Positions 1 through 10,688 of a DNA stretch of 64,000 bases are shown here, one piece after another. The notes below the pieces were generated by a model. The model was not told the DNA's origin. It was given only the letters and a program-made list of their open reading frames with translations, and searched no databases. The DNA is from Dehalococcoidia bacterium (GTDB taxonomy: Bacteria > Chloroflexota > Dehalococcoidia > Bin125). The stretch is taken from NCBI GenBank assembly GCA_965220315.1, contig CBDCPP010000001.1:59809-123808 (forward strand), in the 5' to 3' direction. How positions within the stretch are numbered: position 1 is the stretch's first letter; the number at the start of each line of letters is the position of its first letter. The translations under genes were made by a program, and so were the position numbers.

Positions 1-1
1 C

Positions 2-829
2 GCCATGGGCCGCTTCAAGGACTTCAATCCCCAGGCGAAGATCATCCATCTCGATATCGACCCTGCGGAGATCGGCAAAAACTTCCACACACATGCTCCC
101 GTCCTCGGCGACGTGCGCCAATCGCTCCACGCTCTATTGCCTCACATCGCGAGCACGACTCACCCTGACTGGATCCGCTGGATCGACGACATCAAAGATC
201 AGCATCCCACCGATTACGACACCGAGAGCGCCGAAGTCACCGGCCCCTGGCTCTGCCGCGCCATCGCGCAACAGACTCAGCGCAAAGCCACCATCGTCAC
301 CGGCGTCGGCCAGCATCAAATGTGGGCTGCCCAGTACTACAACTACACCCGCCCCCGTCAATACATCAGCAGCGGCGGCCTCGGCACCATGGGCTTCGAG
401 GTGCCCGCCGCTCTTGGCGCTCAGTTCGCCCAAGACGAGCCCGTCTGGTCCGTCTGTGGCGACGGCGGCTTCCAGATGACCTGTCAGGAGCTCCAGACCG
501 TCGCCGAACACAAGCTCCCGATCCGCTACGTCATCTTCAATAACGGCCACCTCGGCATGGTCCGGCAGTGGCAAGAGCTCTTCTACGAAGACAACTACCA
601 TTCCGTCGCCCTCGGCCAGCCCGACTTCGTCAAGCTCGCCGAGGCCTACGGCGTCACCGCAATGCGCGCCACCAACCGCGCGGAAGCCGTCGAGGCACTG
701 CGCAAGGCCGATGCACATGACGGACCCATCGTCCTCGACATCCGCTGCGTCGAGGAGGAGAACGTTTGGCCCATGGTCCCCGCCGGCGCCGCCCTCTCTG
801 AAACGGTCGAGTCCGCGGAGGCGCTCTGA
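2..829 (+). CDS. ilvB: Acetolactate synthase large subunit, C-terminal part (5' end lies outside the window)
   Basis: The ORF translation carries the ThDP-binding region GDGGFQMTCQELQTVAEHKLPIRYVIFNNGHLGMVRQWQ typical of AHAS large subunits. The frame is open to the window start. The stop at 827-829 overlaps the ilvN ATG (tgATGa). Confidence 0.85.
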   Translation, partial: AMGRFKDFNPQAKIIHLDIDPAEIGKNFHTHAPVLGDVRQSLHALLPHIASTTHPDWIRWIDDIKDQHPTDYDTESAEVTGPWLCRAIAQQTQRKATIVTGVGQHQMWAAQYYNYTRPRQYISSGGLGTMGFEVPAALGAQFAQDEPVWSVCGDGGFQMTCQELQTVAEHKLPIRYVIFNNGHLGMVRQWQELFYEDNYHSVALGQPDFVKLAEAYGVTAMRATNRAEAVEALRKADAHDGPIVLDIRCVEEENVWPMVPAGAALSETVESAEAL

Positions 830-1443
830 TGATCGCCACCAACTCGCAGCAACCACACCACCCACAGCGCGTCGTCGTCGCTCACGTCGAGGACCGTCCC
901 GGCGTCCTCGCCCGCGTCGCCTCTCTCTTTCGCCGTCGCGGCTTTAATATTGAGAGCCTTACCGTCGGCCACAGCGACGAGCCCGGTCTTAGCCGCATGA
1001 CTATCGTCGTCGATGGACAGGGCACCCAGGTTCAGCAGGTCGAGCGGCAGCTCTTCAAGCTGGTCGATGTCGTCTCCGCCATCGACATCAGCGAGCGGCC
1101 CTTGGTCGCTCGTGAACTCGCCCTTATCAAAGTCAGCTGCACGCCCCAGAGCCGTCGCGACATCATCGCCCTCGCTGATGTCTTCCGCGCCACGGTCGTC
1201 GATGTCGCCGACGCCAGCGTCATCGTGCAAGTCCTCGGCGACGAAGGCAAAGTGGACGCGTTACTCCGACTCCTCCGCCCCTACGGGCTCCTCGAGCTTG
1301 TGCGTACTGGCCGGGTCGCGATGGTTCGCGGCAGTGGGACCAGCAAGCCCGTGTCCGTTTCGGAGATCGAGCACCGGGCAGAAGAGGAGCGTGCCCAGTT
1401 TGGCCGGCGGCCGGATGGTGCCCTCCCCTTCGCCAGCGACTAA
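829..1443 (+). CDS. ilvN: Acetolactate synthase small (regulatory) subunit, ACT domain
   Basis: N-terminal ACT-domain signature [27 protein letters not shown]. The start overlaps the ilvB stop. The position between ilvB and ilvC is the expected one. Confidence 0.85.
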   Translation: MIATNSQQPHHPQRVVVAHVEDRPGVLARVASLFRRRGFNIESLTVGHSDEPGLSRMTIVVDGQGTQVQQVERQLFKLVDVVSAIDISERPLVARELALIKVSCTPQSRRDIIALADVFRATVVDVADASVIVQVLGDEGKVDALLRLLRPYGLLELVRTGRVAMVRGSGTSKPVSVSEIEHRAEEERAQFGRRPDGALPFASD

Positions 1444-1543
1444 CCGTCTCATCTGCTTGCACCACTGGACGCCACTCCCATCCCCACCTAGCCTTTTTCT
1501 TCGCCCGCCCACCGATCCGGCTGGCCAGGAATGGAGCACCGCC

Positions 1544-2545
1544 ATGGCCCAGATGTTTTACGACAAGGACGCCGATCCCTCCTTCCTCGCAGGCAAGACC
1601 GTCGGCGTCGTCGGCTTCGGCAGCCAGGGCCACGCGCACGCTCTCAACCTCAAGGATTCCGGCGTCAACGTTATCGTCGGGCTCTACCCCGGCTCCCGCT
1701 CTTGGGCCAAGGCGCAGACGGCTGGTCTTCGAGTCGGCACCGTGGACGATGTCTCCGAAGAGGCCGACGTCATCATGATCCTCGCCCCGGACCACATCCA
1801 GAAAACTCTCTACGACGATCACATTGCCCACGGCCTGCGCGAAGGCAAGACCCTGATGTTCGCCCATGGCTTCAACATCCACTACAACCAGATCGCCCCG
1901 CCCGAAGAGATTGACGTCTCGATGGTCGCTCCCAAAGGACCGGGCCACCTCCTCCGCCGGCTCTACGAAGAGGGCAGCGGCATGCCCGGCCTGCTCGCCG
2001 TTCACCAGGACGCCAGTGAAACCGCAAGACAGACCGCCATGGCCTACGCCGCCGCCATCGGCTGCGGGCGCGCCGGCGTCCTGGAGACCAGCTTTCAAGA
2101 AGAGACCGAAACCGATCTCTTCGGCGAACAGGCCGTCCTCTGCGGTGGCGTCTCCGCGCTCATGCAGACTGCATTCGAGACCCTCGTTGAGGCCGGCTAT
2201 CAACCCGAGTCCGCTTACTTCGAAACCATCCACGAACTCAAGCTCATCGTCGACCTCATCTATGAGGGCGGCTTTAGGAATATGCGCTACTCCATCTCCG
2301 ACACCGCTGAGTACGGCGACTACTCCCGCGGCCCCCAAGTTATCGACGACCACGTCCGCGAGAACATGCGCCGCGTTCTCCAGCAGGTGCAGAACGGCGA
2401 GTTCGCCCGCGAGTGGATCCTAGAAAATCAAGCCGGCCGCCCCGCCTTCAACAAACTCCGTCAGCGTGCTGCCGCGCATCCCAGCGAAGAGGTCGGTGAT
2501 GAACTTCGCGGCATGATGGCCTGGCTACACCAAAAGGCCGATTGA
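1544..2545 (+). CDS. ilvC: Ketol-acid reductoisomerase (class I)
   Basis: [11 protein letters not shown]...[27 protein letters not shown] is the Rossmann NADPH-binding motif of KARI. An in-frame ATG at 1544 lies inside the longer track ORF 1013..2545. The product is about 334 aa, typical of class I KARI. Confidence 0.9.
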   Translation: MAQMFYDKDADPSFLAGKTVGVVGFGSQGHAHALNLKDSGVNVIVGLYPGSRSWAKAQTAGLRVGTVDDVSEEADVIMILAPDHIQKTLYDDHIAHGLREGKTLMFAHGFNIHYNQIAPPEEIDVSMVAPKGPGHLLRRLYEEGSGMPGLLAVHQDASETARQTAMAYAAAIGCGRAGVLETSFQEETETDLFGEQAVLCGGVSALMQTAFETLVEAGYQPESAYFETIHELKLIVDLIYEGGFRNMRYSISDTAEYGDYSRGPQVIDDHVRENMRRVLQQVQNGEFAREWILENQAGRPAFNKLRQRAAAHPSEEVGDELRGMMAWLHQKAD

Positions 2546-2788
2546 CCGCATAGCGCTTTTCCCGTCCCGTAGGCAGACGGCGTGGACTCGGGCATAATGA
2601 CTCCATAATGAAGGGCCATCCGCGCGCCACGCGCTATGGAGGGATCGACCCACGGGCTGCCTCGGCCCGTGGCGTCCTTGGGCGCTAACTCCCAGGCGAT
2701 CAGTCACACGAGGCGCTAGTTGTATCGGACCGCCGCCTCGTCGCCCCTTTTCTTCCAGGCCCTACGTTCTCCAATGAGGAGCCCTGCC

Positions 2789-4339
<1,551 letters not shown>

Positions 4340-4371
4340 CACGCGACTGGCAGCCAAGGACTCGCACGCGA

Positions 4372-4410
4372 GAAGAAGGGGCGCCGCAGGCGCCCCTTCT
4401 TCTCTTTGAT
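4372..4410 (+). terminator. Rho-independent terminator candidate downstream of leuA
   Basis: A perfect 14-bp inverted repeat gaagaaggggcgcc / ggcgccccttcttc with a 4-nt loop (gcag) is followed by tctttgat. Confidence 0.55.
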
Positions 4411-4679
4411 AGTCGGAATGGCCGTCGGCGGTTATCCGGCTGTTCGCTTCTCCAGCGCCGCTGCCACGGGACCGGTCGCGGGATGCGCGCCGAGCACTGG
4501 GCCGCTCCGTCGGCGGGTTCGCGGAACGAGACGGCCTGTGAGAGGGTGGCACAGCGATCGAATGGCCCCCATAGTGCGGGACAGAGAGGGTGAATGACTG
4601 CGGTACCGAGAACGGGTAGCGTACGAGAATCGCCACCAATGATCTTATTGATCATGGCTGAGACTGGGGGAATGGAATC

Positions 4680-4862
4680 ATGACGGAGCCACAAGATCAC
4701 GCGACGAAAGCCGATCTAGACGTGCTGCGCTCGGAAATCCAGGAGATGAAGGCGACGCTGAGGGCGGCGATGAATGACGCGCATGCGGACACGAAGGCGC
4801 ATCTCGATGTCGCCATCCTGAGCCTGAGCGAGCTCATCGTGACGCGCACCGATTCGGATTGA
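4680..4862 (+). CDS. Small hypothetical protein (60 aa, predicted helical/coiled-coil)
   Basis: An ATG ORF sits in a locally lower-GC intergenic stretch, preceded by a purine-rich ggggga. No family was recognised, so it may not be a real gene. Confidence 0.25.
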   Translation: MTEPQDHATKADLDVLRSEIQEMKATLRAAMNDAHADTKAHLDVAILSLSELIVTRTDSD

Positions 4863-5026
4863 TAGGCCGGCATCCGCATCAATCCTCCTACGCGCTTGAG
4901 CATCGCCGCTCACGCCGTCATGTAGGAGCTATCGAATAAAGAGTGAGCCTATTGCTAGGCTTTAAATTCCCCCAACCGTCCAGGCGCCGACCAGCTGGCT
5001 TGGATACGGTTGTATGTGATCCTCTC

Positions 5027-5962
5027 CTAAAACGCCCCGATCACTTCCGACGCCACCCTGGCGTACACCTCCGGCTCGTTCGGCAGATCCGTGATGATCA
5101 CCTCCTCCGCTCCCGCTTCTTGGAACGCCGCGAGCGCCTCCACCACTCGCCCCGCCGGCCCGATCGGCAACGCCGCCTGCGCCTCCGGCGTCCGCACGAA
5201 CACCCCATAGCGCTCCCGCAGCCGCGCCTCCTCCTCCGCGTTCTCCGTCACGGACAGAAAAGTCAGAATCGACTTCCGGATCTCCCCCGGATCCCGTCCC
5301 GCCTCCTCGCAATGCCGTTCCAGCACCCCGATCTTGCGCCGCAGCTCCGCCGGCGTCGACGCCACCACGTTCATCACCTCCCCGTACCGCGCCACCGTCC
5401 GCAGGGTCCGTTGCTCGCCGCCCCCCGCGATCACCAACGGCGCTCGTGGCCGTTGTAAACAGCGGGGCGCCAGCACCGCCCGTTCCAAGCGGTAGTGCTT
5501 CCCCGCGTAATCGACCGGCCCCTCCGCCGTCAACAGCCGGTGCGTCAGATCACAGGCCTCCTCCAGCATCTCCGACCGCTCTCTCAACGGCGGATACGCC
5601 AGCCCGTACGCCGCGTGCTCCCGGCGGTGGTACCCCGCCCCCAACCCGATCTCCAGCCGTCCCCCGCACATCTGATCCAGCGTCGCCGCCATCTTCGCCA
5701 GCACCACCGGATGCCGAAACGTCACCGGCGAGACCAGCACTCCCAGCCGCACCCGCTCGGTCACCCGCGTCAGCCCCGCCAGCACCGACCAGGCCTCGTA
5801 GCAGTCGGCGCTCTCGTCGCCCAATACCGCCACCAAGTGATCGCCCGTCCACAGGCTGTGCCACGGCCCGGCATCCACCGCCCGCGCCGCCGCCTCGATC
5901 GCCGCCCACTCCGTCGCGATCAGCCGCAACTGCGCACCAAACTGCAGAGTACCCGCCCCCAT
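5027..5962 (-). CDS. LLM-class (luciferase-like) flavin/F420-dependent oxidoreductase
   Basis: [19 protein letters not shown]...LWTGDHL...[29 protein letters not shown] is the bacterial luciferase-like TIM-barrel pattern. The ATG at 5962 is preceded by an AAGGAAAAG RBS. The longer track ORF (to 6985) is an antisense read-through of leuC. Confidence 0.8.
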   Translation of the reverse strand: MGAGTLQFGAQLRLIATEWAAIEAAARAVDAGPWHSLWTGDHLVAVLGDESADCYEAWSVLAGLTRVTERVRLGVLVSPVTFRHPVVLAKMAATLDQMCGGRLEIGLGAGYHRREHAAYGLAYPPLRERSEMLEEACDLTHRLLTAEGPVDYAGKHYRLERAVLAPRCLQRPRAPLVIAGGGEQRTLRTVARYGEVMNVVASTPAELRRKIGVLERHCEEAGRDPGEIRKSILTFLSVTENAEEEARLRERYGVFVRTPEAQAALPIGPAGRVVEALAAFQEAGAEEVIITDLPNEPEVYARVASEVIGAF

Positions 5963-6079
5963 GGCTTTTCCTTCGCAACAATTCTCCCGCACCGCTGGCA
6001 CGGGATAGCTACAATAGCCGCCCGCTTCGATCGGCGCGCTTCGCGCCCGGGCGATCAAGCGAATGCGCCGGAGGAATGC

Positions 6080-7483
6080 ATGCCGCCCCGAACGCTCGCG
6101 CAAAAAATCTGGGACGCCCACCTCGTCTACCGCGAGGAAGGCCGTCCCGACCTCCTCTACATCGACCTCCACCTCACCCATGAGGTCACCTCCGCCCAGG
6201 CCTTCGACGGCCTGCGCGGGAGCGGCCGCAGGCTTCGCCGTCCCGACCTCACCATCGCTACGCCGGACCACAACGTCCCGACCGTCGATCGTGACAAGCC
6301 CTTCCCGGACCCTCTCTCCCAGCAGCAGGTCGATGCGCTCCGCGCCAACTGCGCCGAGTTCGACGTCCCGATCTTCGACGTCCTCGACGCCCGGCAAGGC
6401 ATCGTCCACGTCATCGGCCCCGAGCAAGGTCTCACCCAGCCCGGCATGACCATCGTCTGTGGCGACTCCCACACCTCCACGCACGGAGCCTTCGGCGCTC
6501 TTGCCTTCGGGATCGGCACCTCCGAGGTCGAGCACGTCTTCGCCACTCAAACGCTGCCCCAGCGCCGCCTCAAGCAGATGTCCGTCGAAGTCACGGGCCA
6601 ACTCCCGCCCTGGGGCACTCCCAAGGACATCATCCTCACCATCATCAACCGTATCGGCGTCAGCGGCGGCGTCGGTCACGTCATCGAGTACCGTGGCGAC
6701 GTCATCCGCAACATCTCCATGGAAGGCCGGATGACCATCTGCAACATGACCATTGAAGGCGGCGCCCGCGCTGGCCTCATCGCCCCGGACGACACTACCT
6801 TCGCCTACATCAAGGGCCGCCCGTACGCCCCCGCCGGCGACGGCTGGGACTCCGCCGTCGTCCACTGGCGCGCCTTCACCACGGACTCCGACGCCACCTT
6901 CGACACGGAAATCGTTATCGACGGCGCCGAGATCGAACCCCACGTTACTTGGGGCACCACCCCTGCCCAGAGCGTCCCCGTCCACGGCAATATCCCCGAC
7001 CCGGACGCTTTCGACGATCCCGCCGCCCGTGAGACTGCCAAGCGCGCTCTCGGCTACCAGCAGCTCCAGCCCGGTACCAAGATCACGGAGATCCCCCTGG
7101 ATCGCGTCTTCATCGGCTCCTGCACCAACTCACGCATTGAGGACCTCCGTGCCGCCGCCGCCGTCGTGCGCGGCAAGCGGGTCGCCGACACTGTGCACGC
7201 CATGGTCGTCCCCGGCTCTGGTTTGGTGAAGGCTCAAGCGGAGGAAGAGGGCCTCGCGGATCTCTTCCGCGCCGCCGGATTCGAGTGGCGCGAGGCTGGC
7301 TGCTCTATGTGCCTTGGCATGAACCCAGACATCCTCCAGCCCGGCGAACGCTGCGCTTCCACATCCAACCGCAACTTCGAAGGCCGGCAAGGACCAGGCG
7401 GCCGCACGCACCTCGTCAGCCCCCCCATGGCCGCCGCCGCCGCACTCGCCGGTCACTTCGTCGATCTCCGGGAGCTCTTCTAA
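6080..7483 (+). CDS. leuC: 3-isopropylmalate dehydratase large subunit
   Basis: [16 protein letters not shown]...[14 protein letters not shown] and the aconitase-family Cys ligands ([20 protein letters not shown]) are present. A GGAGG RBS at 6070 precedes the ATG at 6080. The stop overlaps the leuD start. Confidence 0.9.
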   Translation: MPPRTLAQKIWDAHLVYREEGRPDLLYIDLHLTHEVTSAQAFDGLRGSGRRLRRPDLTIATPDHNVPTVDRDKPFPDPLSQQQVDALRANCAEFDVPIFDVLDARQGIVHVIGPEQGLTQPGMTIVCGDSHTSTHGAFGALAFGIGTSEVEHVFATQTLPQRRLKQMSVEVTGQLPPWGTPKDIILTIINRIGVSGGVGHVIEYRGDVIRNISMEGRMTICNMTIEGGARAGLIAPDDTTFAYIKGRPYAPAGDGWDSAVVHWRAFTTDSDATFDTEIVIDGAEIEPHVTWGTTPAQSVPVHGNIPDPDAFDDPAARETAKRALGYQQLQPGTKITEIPLDRVFIGSCTNSRIEDLRAAAAVVRGKRVADTVHAMVVPGSGLVKAQAEEEGLADLFRAAGFEWREAGCSMCLGMNPDILQPGERCASTSNRNFEGRQGPGGRTHLVSPPMAAAAALAGHFVDLRELF

Positions 7484-8079
7484 TGGATCCCGTCGCCACC
7501 GTTACCGGCAGCGCTATTCCCCTCGCTCAAGCCGATGTCGATACCGACCAGATCATTCCCGCCCGCCACCTGAAGCGCATCGAGCGCACCGGCTACGGGG
7601 AGTTCGCTTTCGAGTACTGGCGCAAGAACGCTCCCGACTTCGTCGTCAACCGTCCCGAGTATCAAAACGCTTCCATCCTCCTTGCCGGATCAAACTTTGG
7701 CTGTGGCTCCTCCCGCGAGCACGCCGTCTGGGCCCTCCAGCAAATGGGCCTGCGCGCCATCGTCGGCACCTCTTTCGCCGATATCTTCCGCAACAACAGC
7801 GCCAAGATGGGCCTGCTCCTCGCCTCCCTCGAGCCAGCCGACATCGACTATCTCATGAAGCGCGCGCAAGACACTCCCGATGCGCAGATCACCGTCGACC
7901 TTTCCACCCAGTCCGTCTCTATTCCCGGCGACTGGCAGCGATCCTTCGATATCGACCCGTTCGTCAAGCATTGCCTGCTCAACGGGCTCGATGACATTGG
8001 TCTTACGCTCCAGCACGAAGATTCCATCGCCGCTTTCGAGACCCAGCGCCCCACCCTTCTCCCCCGCACCAAGAGCTAA
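7484..8079 (+). CDS. leuD: 3-isopropylmalate dehydratase small subunit
   Basis: [26 protein letters not shown]...GSNFGCGSSREHAVWAL is the LeuD swivel domain. The taATGg stop/start overlap with leuC is present. Confidence 0.9.
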
Positions 8080-8293
8080 CTGTGTCACCTCACGGCCGCC
8101 CCTCCGACACTTACTCCAACCTCCGGCGCGTTGGAGCCGACGCCGCCATCCGCGGCTGCGCCGCCAACTTCTGGCGCAGACTTCTCCGGCGTCGCGCTTG
8201 CTGCGGCCGCTACGGTGATCCGGGCTGCTGAATCACCTGCGATCGTGCCATCCAGGAGGGATGGACACCACCCGCTGGCTCGCGAGACGGCGC

Positions 8294-9190
8294 CTAAATT
8301 CGCAACGATAGTTGCTGCGGCTCTGGCGATCTTTCGAAACGGCGTTGATCGAGGTCGCTGTAGCCCAAGGCTCTCTTCACCTCGTGCACGCGCCCCTCGA
8401 CCTGTGTCCGGTAGCGTTTTGGCGCGTGTTTCGTCCCGTAGAGCTGTTGATAGCCCGCGAGCAGATCGGGATATTCCTGTTGCAGAAACCCGAAAAAGTG
8501 TTCGCGCACATCGGGGCCGAGGTGCAGTACGTTCGATCCGATGAAGCGTGCGCCGTGCGCCGCCGCCGCGCGCACAGTGGCCGTGACCTTGGTCCGCTCC
8601 GCCGAGAGACCAGGCAGCAACGGTGCCACCAGCACGCCGCAATGCACGCCTGCGGATACTAGCTGCTCCATCACCCGAAGCCGCTGTGGCGGCTCCGGCG
8701 TGCCGGGCTCCGTCCGTTGCCAGATCTCCCGATCGACGGTGGGGACGCTGAAGCATACGCTCACGCCCGCGCGCCGGCCCAGCTCTTGCAGAATGTCGAC
8801 ATCCCGCACGATCAAGGTCCCCTTGGTCACGATCGAGACCGGCGTGCGGAAGCGCGTGAACAGCTCCAAGCTCTGTCGCGTGAGGCGGTAGCGCCCCTCT
8901 GCTGCCTGGTACGGATCCGTCGCCGTTCCCACGGCCACCTGCTCCCGCCGCCACCCCCGCCGTCCCAGCTCCCCCGCCAGCACCTCCGGCAGGTTCGTCT
9001 TGACGAAGATAATCCCCGAGAAGTCTGCTCCGGCCCCGAGTTCGAGATAGCGGTGCGTCGAGCGTGCGAAGCAATACTGGCACCCGTGCACGCAACCCCG
9101 GTACGGGTTCAGCGACCAGCCGAACGCCATCCCCCGGACCCGGTTCAGCGCGGACTTGCATGCGATCTCCCGGTATTCGGCCTGCGCCAT
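8294..9190 (-). CDS. Radical SAM protein, spore-photoproduct-lyase-like DNA repair family (SplB/Rv2578c-like)
   Basis: The CxxxCxxC motif in NPYRGCVHGCQYCFARS is present, with overall similarity to SPL-type radical SAM 'DNA repair photolyase' proteins. The ATG at 9190 is preceded by AAGGTGGAGAGG. The track ORF 8085..9251 in another frame of the same strand is considered spurious. Confidence 0.75.
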   Translation of the reverse strand: MAQAEYREIACKSALNRVRGMAFGWSLNPYRGCVHGCQYCFARSTHRYLELGAGADFSGIIFVKTNLPEVLAGELGRRGWRREQVAVGTATDPYQAAEGRYRLTRQSLELFTRFRTPVSIVTKGTLIVRDVDILQELGRRAGVSVCFSVPTVDREIWQRTEPGTPEPPQRLRVMEQLVSAGVHCGVLVAPLLPGLSAERTKVTATVRAAAAHGARFIGSNVLHLGPDVREHFFGFLQQEYPDLLAGYQQLYGTKHAPKRYRTQVEGRVHEVKRALGYSDLDQRRFERSPEPQQLSLRI

Positions 9191-9266
9191 TGCCTCTCCA
9201 CCTTTCCAGAGCCATTGAACGCGGAGCCCTCTCGCGCTTCGGCCAGGCCATAACGGGGCCACATAT

Positions 9267-9283
9267 TAGAACACAAGTTCTTA
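9267..9283. promoter_or_regulatory. Candidate LexA/SOS (Cheo-type) box, GAAC-N4-GTTC
   Basis: The near-palindromic TAGAACACAAGTTCTTA lies in the divergent intergenic region about 80 nt upstream of the radical SAM DNA-repair gene start. It also lies upstream of leuB on the other strand. Confidence 0.4.
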
Positions 9284-9412
9284 TTAGGGAAAGGGGCAGT
9301 CGCTACGCTGGGGCAGGCGATCGCAAAACGCGCTCCGGTCCCTGCCGGGACAACGGCTACGGCGAGGCCATAAGATCAGTACGCTTTTGGCGTTTCAGCG
9401 GAGAGGACAGAT

Positions 9413-10501
9413 ATGAGCAGCTATCGCATCGCGCTGCTGCCGGGCGACGGCATCGGCCCCGAGGTCATCGCCGAGGCCGTCAAGATCCTTGACGTCGTCG
9501 GCCGCCAGTTCGGCCACGACTTCACCTACAGCGAGGCCACCGTCGGCGGGGCCGCCATCGACGCCTACGGTACCGCTCTCCGCCCGCAGGACCTCGCCAT
9601 GTGCAAGCGCCAGCACGCCGTTCTCTTCGGCGCCGTCGGTGGCCCCCAGTGGGACAATCCCCGCGCCAAAGTCCGTCCCGAGCAAGCCATTCTCGGCCTG
9701 CGCAAAGGCTTGCGCCTCTTCGCCAACATTCGCCCCGTCAAGATGTTCAGCTTTCTCGCCAACAGCACCACGCTCAAACGCGCCGTCGTCAAGGATGTCG
9801 ACATGATCATCCTGCGCGAGCTCACCGGCGGCATCTACTTCGGCAAGCCCCAACGCCGTTGGTCCGACTCCCGCGGCCGCAAGGCCGTCGACACCCTGCG
9901 CTACTCCGAGCAGGAGATCGAGCGTATCGTCCGCCTCGCCTTCGAACTCGCGCGCGGCCGTCGCAAGCACGTCACTTCCGTCGACAAAGCCAACGTCCTC
10001 GACAGCTCCCGGCTCTGGCGCGAAGTCGCGACCGAAGTTGCTCCCGACTACCCGGACGTCACTCTTCGCCACCTTCTCGTCGACGCCGCCGCCATGCACC
10101 TCATCCGCCAGCCCGCCGATTTCGATGTCGTCGTCACCGAAAACCTCTTCGGCGACATCCTCACGGACGAAGCCTCCATGCTCGGCGGCTCCATGGGCAT
10201 GCTGCCCAGTGCCAGCCTCGGCCGCCGCCGCAAGGACGGCACCGGTCTCGGTCTCTACGAGCCCATTCACGGCACCGCTCCCGACATCGCCGGTTCCGGC
10301 AAAGCCAACCCCGCCGCCGCGATCCTCAGCGCCGCCCTGCTGCTGCGCCATTCCCTCGGCCTGGAAGACGAAGCCGCCGCCGTCGAGCGCGCCGTCGAGA
10401 AAGTCCTGCGCGCCGGCCACCGCCCCCCGGACATCGCCTTGCCGGGCAAACGCCCCCTCAAGACTCGCCGGCTGGGCGACCGGATCGCCGCTGCGATCTA
10501 G
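9413..10501 (+). CDS. leuB: 3-isopropylmalate dehydrogenase
   Basis: [26 protein letters not shown] is present, along with the isocitrate/isopropylmalate dehydrogenase motif [39 protein letters not shown] precedes the start. Confidence 0.9.
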   Translation: MSSYRIALLPGDGIGPEVIAEAVKILDVVGRQFGHDFTYSEATVGGAAIDAYGTALRPQDLAMCKRQHAVLFGAVGGPQWDNPRAKVRPEQAILGLRKGLRLFANIRPVKMFSFLANSTTLKRAVVKDVDMIILRELTGGIYFGKPQRRWSDSRGRKAVDTLRYSEQEIERIVRLAFELARGRRKHVTSVDKANVLDSSRLWREVATEVAPDYPDVTLRHLLVDAAAMHLIRQPADFDVVVTENLFGDILTDEASMLGGSMGMLPSASLGRRRKDGTGLGLYEPIHGTAPDIAGSGKANPAAAILSAALLLRHSLGLEDEAAAVERAVEKVLRAGHRPPDIALPGKRPLKTRRLGDRIAAAI

Positions 10502-10688
10502 CGCCCCGGCCGCCGCGCTTGGCACAATCAAGAACCTTCGCGTTGAGATTCAGAAGGGCGTCGTATGTCGAGTTTGGCGGTCAAGCGGTTGGCCAAAGAG
10601 GAGCACTCTGATAGAGCGATCACCCTCGACGATCCTTGCTGTTCAATGCTTACGCTGGACAGGCGAATTGGTCGCGTCAAGATAGCGA

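Noticed and set aside
1013-1543. Upstream extension of the ilvC ORF overlapping ilvN
   Set aside because: The extension is Ser/Pro-rich low-complexity sequence. The KARI N-terminus MAQMFYDKD begins at 1544.
2546-2788. Possible T-box or leucine-attenuator leader peptide upstream of leuA
   Set aside because: There is no run of Leu codons or recognisable T-box specifier/antiterminator sequence. Only generic GC-rich hairpins (for example ccacgggc...gcccgtgg at about 2651-2673) without a U-tract are present.
5495-6079. Upstream extension of the leuC ORF (starts at 5495 in the track)
   Set aside because: The extension is Arg/Pro-rich nonsense overlapping the minus-strand LLM gene. The real LeuC N-terminus [14 protein letters not shown] starts at 6080, behind a GGAGG RBS.
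8085-9251. 388-aa minus-strand ORF overlapping the radical SAM gene in another frame
   Set aside because: Its content is low-complexity Arg/Gly/Ala, whereas the 8294..9190 frame has a clear CxxxCxxC radical-SAM motif and an RBS.
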